The notes under the pieces: generated by a model
Told to the model about the DNA's origin: nothing
Seen by the model: the letters and a program-made list of their open reading frames with translations, nothing else
Database searches by the model: none
DNA from: a virus
Direction: 5' to 3' (one strand)
UHGV virus genome: UHGV-1855269
DNA: 11,275 nt
Program-made: the position numbers and the translations under genes
Part shown: positions 8,729 to 11,275 of the stretch, piece by piece
How the letters are laid out: each line of letters starts with the position of its first letter
How positions within the stretch are numbered: the first letter of the stretch is position 1

Positions 8729-9111
8729 TGGCACATTCGATTACTGTAAGACTAAACAAGCCCGCAAGAGAGTTTCAGGCCGGGGAAAATATCGGATTCA
8801 ACATCCGTGCTGGCGTTCAGTATTACGATCGCCAGACAAAAAAGAAAGAATGGACAAACTACAGCGCCGTTGTATTTGTCAAGCCGGGAGCGCAAGCGGA
8901 TTACTACCGTAGCGTTCTTGTTGAAGGTGGCATTGTGGAAATTACCGGAGAAAACATCAGGGTTGATGTTTATCAGGGGCAAAATGGTCAATCAATCACT
9001 CTTGAATTACTGAATGCAAAGATTGGATTTGCAGCTTCAGGAAATGGCCCGCAGCAGCAAAGTAGTAACCAGCAGAACACTCCTGTATACGACGATTCCA
9101 TCCCATTCTGA
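8728..9111 (+). CDS. Phage SSB-like protein with C-terminal DDSIPF tail (127 aa)
   Basis: ATG 8728 overlaps the erf stop (TAATG), with a GAAGGAG RBS. The Gln/Gly-rich linker ends in DDSIPF, the signature of the bacterial SSB acidic tip (DDDIPF). Confidence 0.6.
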   Translation: MAHSITVRLNKPAREFQAGENIGFNIRAGVQYYDRQTKKKEWTNYSAVVFVKPGAQADYYRSVLVEGGIVEITGENIRVDVYQGQNGQSITLELLNAKIGFAASGNGPQQQSSNQQNTPVYDDSIPF

Positions 9112-9134
9112 TTCAGAAAAATAAGGATTTAATC

Positions 9135-9428
9135 ATGCCAGCGCCTCTGTATGGTGCGGATGACCCGCGCCGTTGTTCCGGCAATTCCATATCGGAGGTG
9201 CTGGATAAATTCAGAAAAAACTACGACCGGATAATGTCGCTACCGCAGGAAACGAAAGAGGAAAAGGAATTTCGCCACTGTATATGGCTTGCAGAGAAAG
9301 AAGAACGCGAGCGAATTTACCAGACATCAATCCGACCATTCCGCAAAGCCACATATACCCACTTCCCTGAAATTGACCCGCGCCTGCGTAATTACCGCTC
9401 ACGCTATGGCGCTATCAGTAATGACTGA
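9135..9428 (+). CDS. Hypothetical protein (97 aa); possibly an Abc2-like anti-RecBCD factor by position
   Basis: Complete ORF downstream of erf/ssb. The functional guess rests only on gene order in P22-type recombination modules and on size. Confidence 0.35.
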   Translation: MPAPLYGADDPRRCSGNSISEVLDKFRKNYDRIMSLPQETKEEKEFRHCIWLAEKEERERIYQTSIRPFRKATYTHFPEIDPRLRNYRSRYGAISND

Positions 9429-9438
9429 GGAATTTACC

Positions 9439-9729
9439 ATGAAAACAATGAAGCTAAACATCGACCTCGGAAAATACGTTATTACCGGAACCAAACACGA
9501 TCTGATTCTTAGCGAAAGAGGAATTATCAAAGAAGGTGAGAATGCAGGGAAAGAAACACTAAGCCGTATCGGTTATTACAGCAAGTTTGAGCATCTGGTT
9601 AAAGAGTTATGCAACCGTGAAATCCTGTTATCTCAGGCGCAGACACTACAGGATATTCAGCAGCATATCGAGACTTTAGGTGTATCACTTAGCACGGCTG
9701 TTGACCAGTTCGTGGAGAGTAAATCATGA
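9439..9729 (+). CDS. Hypothetical protein (96 aa)
   Basis: ATG 9439 preceded by GAGGA at a 9-nt spacing. The in-frame ATG at 9421 lacks an RBS. No family recognised. Confidence 0.5.
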   Translation: MKTMKLNIDLGKYVITGTKHDLILSERGIIKEGENAGKETLSRIGYYSKFEHLVKELCNREILLSQAQTLQDIQQHIETLGVSLSTAVDQFVESKS

Positions 9730-9813
9730 GAGGACTTGCATACAATCCCGGCATTCTTCCGGCAGAAATGATTATTCGCCAACGCGTAAAGCCAAATTTG
9801 AAGAGGTTACCCA

Positions 9814-10296
9814 ATGACAGCCCTTTATCAGATCGCCAACGATTTCGCCAAGCTGACTGACTCCGGCATGGAGCCTGAAATGATAGCCGACACTCTTGAT
9901 GGAATTGAGTGGGAGCTGGAAGCAAAGGTTGAGCAGATTCTTGCGGTCTGCAAAAACGAATCTGCTTATGCCGAGGCTCTGAAAGAAGAAAGTAAGCGCC
10001 TTACTGAGCGTGCAAAAGCCGCCGAAAGCCGCGTGGCAAGCATGAAGGAGTATGTCGCTAAATCATTGGAAACCATCGGTAAAAAATCACTTAAAGCCGG
10101 AGTTCATCAGGTAACGGTTCGCGCACCTTCTAAATCTGTCGAGATTACTGACGCCAGCGCATTACCGCCTGAATTCATCGAGTACGAGACGAATATCAAA
10201 CCAGACAAACTGGCTATCAAGCATCAAATCGAAGCTGGTATTGACGTGCCCGGGGCGCAAATAAAGCTCGGCAAGCCGTCTCTGATGATCAAATAG
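9814..10296 (+). CDS. Hypothetical coiled-coil protein (160 aa), possibly Gp157-family
   Basis: GAAGAGG RBS before the ATG at 9814. The central region is charged and helical. The family guess is from memory and weak. Confidence 0.45.
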   Translation: MTALYQIANDFAKLTDSGMEPEMIADTLDGIEWELEAKVEQILAVCKNESAYAEALKEESKRLTERAKAAESRVASMKEYVAKSLETIGKKSLKAGVHQVTVRAPSKSVEITDASALPPEFIEYETNIKPDKLAIKHQIEAGIDVPGAQIKLGKPSLMIK

Positions 10297-10322
10297 GCCG
10301 AAATACTCTGGGAGCAGTGGAA

Positions 10323-10751
10323 ATGAAACGCACACCATTTTACCGCAGACCAGGTAAGGCCGGGAAATTCTCCGGACTCCGCGAGCGCGTTATCTGGATG
10401 ATTCAGACGCGCGGTCGCCCGGTAACTGGCAGCGAAATCGCAGAGAAATTCGGCGTAACGCTCATCGAATTTAACCGTGTCGCGAACGGCCTGACCAGAG
10501 GCGAAGGGCGCATTGCACAGCTGGTTACATCGGAAACCTGGCTCAACGAGGACGGCATCTGTGACCGCACCTTTGACCTGATCACAAAGCCAAAGGTTAT
10601 TACCCCTCAGGGTAAAACACGCCTGTTCACTCGGCGTTCTATGGCTCTGGCGGCAGAGGGTAATCGCCGGGAATGTATTGAGAAAGCAGCCCGGCGCCGC
10701 CGGCTGATTGCTGCTGGCCTTTATATCGACGAAATGGAGACGGCATTGTGA
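10323..10751 (+). CDS. Hypothetical protein (142 aa)
   Basis: ATG 10323 with GGAG upstream; the ORF track starts at GTG 10317. The Arg-rich C-terminus overlaps the downstream methyltransferase start (GTGA). Confidence 0.5.
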   Translation: MKRTPFYRRPGKAGKFSGLRERVIWMIQTRGRPVTGSEIAEKFGVTLIEFNRVANGLTRGEGRIAQLVTSETWLNEDGICDRTFDLITKPKVITPQGKTRLFTRRSMALAAEGNRRECIEKAARRRRLIAAGLYIDEMETAL

Positions 10752-11275
10752 CTGACTACGGCGGATCGAACACACCGAAAAATGAAAGAGACTACTGGCA
10801 AACGCCGATTGAAATATTTAACGCGCTCGATCTTGAGTTTGGCTTCTGGCTGGATGCTGCTGCCTCTGAACGTAATGCGCTATGCGCTCACTATCTCACT
10901 GAGCTGGATAACTCGCTGAGTCGTGAATGGTCGTCGTACGGCGCGATCTGGTGCAACCCACCCTATTCCGATATCGGGCCGTGGGTGGAGAAAGCCACCG
11001 AGCAATGTAAAGCGCAGTCCCAGACGGTAGTCATTCTGCTTCCCGCAGATATCTCTACCGGATGGTTTCTCTCCGCGATGCAGAGCGCTGATGAGATTCG
11101 CCTGATAACCGGCGGACGCATTCAGTTTGTGCCGGCGTCGGCTACAGGTAAACGGCAGAGCAACCCAAAGGACTCAATTTTGTTCATCTGGCGGCCATTC
11201 ATCACGCCAAGACGCATCATCACGTCCGTTTCGCTGAGTGAGTTAAAGCGGATCGGAACCATGGAGGCAGCATGA
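10748..11275 (+). CDS. Phage Dam-family DNA N6-adenine methyltransferase (175 aa)
   Basis: GTG start at 10748 with GGAGA 7 nt upstream. The catalytic motif NPPY (WCNPPYS) is typical of N6-adenine methyltransferase motif IV. Size fits small phage orphan methyltransferases. Confidence 0.65.
   Translation: MTDYGGSNTPKNERDYWQTPIEIFNALDLEFGFWLDAAASERNALCAHYLTELDNSLSREWSSYGAIWCNPPYSDIGPWVEKATEQCKAQSQTVVILLPADISTGWFLSAMQSADEIRLITGGRIQFVPASATGKRQSNPKDSILFIWRPFITPRRIITSVSLSELKRIGTMEAA

Noticed and set aside
9726-9860. 44-aa ORF with an ATG overlapping the stop of the 9439-9729 gene
   Set aside because: It overlaps the RBS-supported start of the 160-aa gene at 9814 by about 47 nt and has no distinctive features. 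Possible but unsupported.
10224-10775. 183-aa minus-strand ORF spanning the end of the Gp157-like gene and the whole 142-aa gene
   Set aside because: It is antisense to two plus-strand genes with good RBSs in a uniformly plus-oriented operon. Its Cys/Arg-rich low-complexity translation is typical of a shadow ORF.

Overview
This window reads as the early/immunity region of a mosaic enterobacterial lambdoid prophage, fused directly to a contractile-tail structural block. Calls rest on reading the ORF translations and DNA motifs against remembered phage sequences; no searches were run. Centre (4.3-6.7 kb): a phage-434-type switch. Cro (minus) and the CI repressor (plus) are divergent, separated by three 14-bp ACAA-N6-TTGT operators (OR1-3). 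A second operator triplet (OL1-3) sits upstream of a lambda-type nutL and an N antiterminator gene; a lambda-type nutR and a cII-like gene lie downstream of cro. Plus strand beyond N (6.7-11.3 kb): an AT-rich insert, then cIII-like, Kil-like, an Erf recombinase, an SSB-like protein with a DDSIPF tail, several unknown ORFs and a Dam-family N6-adenine methyltransferase. Minus strand (5-4259): eight tightly packed ORFs ending in a sheath-sized (381 aa) and tube-sized (146 aa) pair. No replication, Q, lysis, terminase, portal or capsid genes separate cII from this block. Most interesting: (1) a signal-peptide protein translationally coupled to cI, in the slot where lambda has rexAB; (2) the AT-rich two-gene insert between N and cIII; (3) the abrupt cII-to-tail junction with a frame discontinuity. 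No rRNA, tRNA or CRISPR array was seen.
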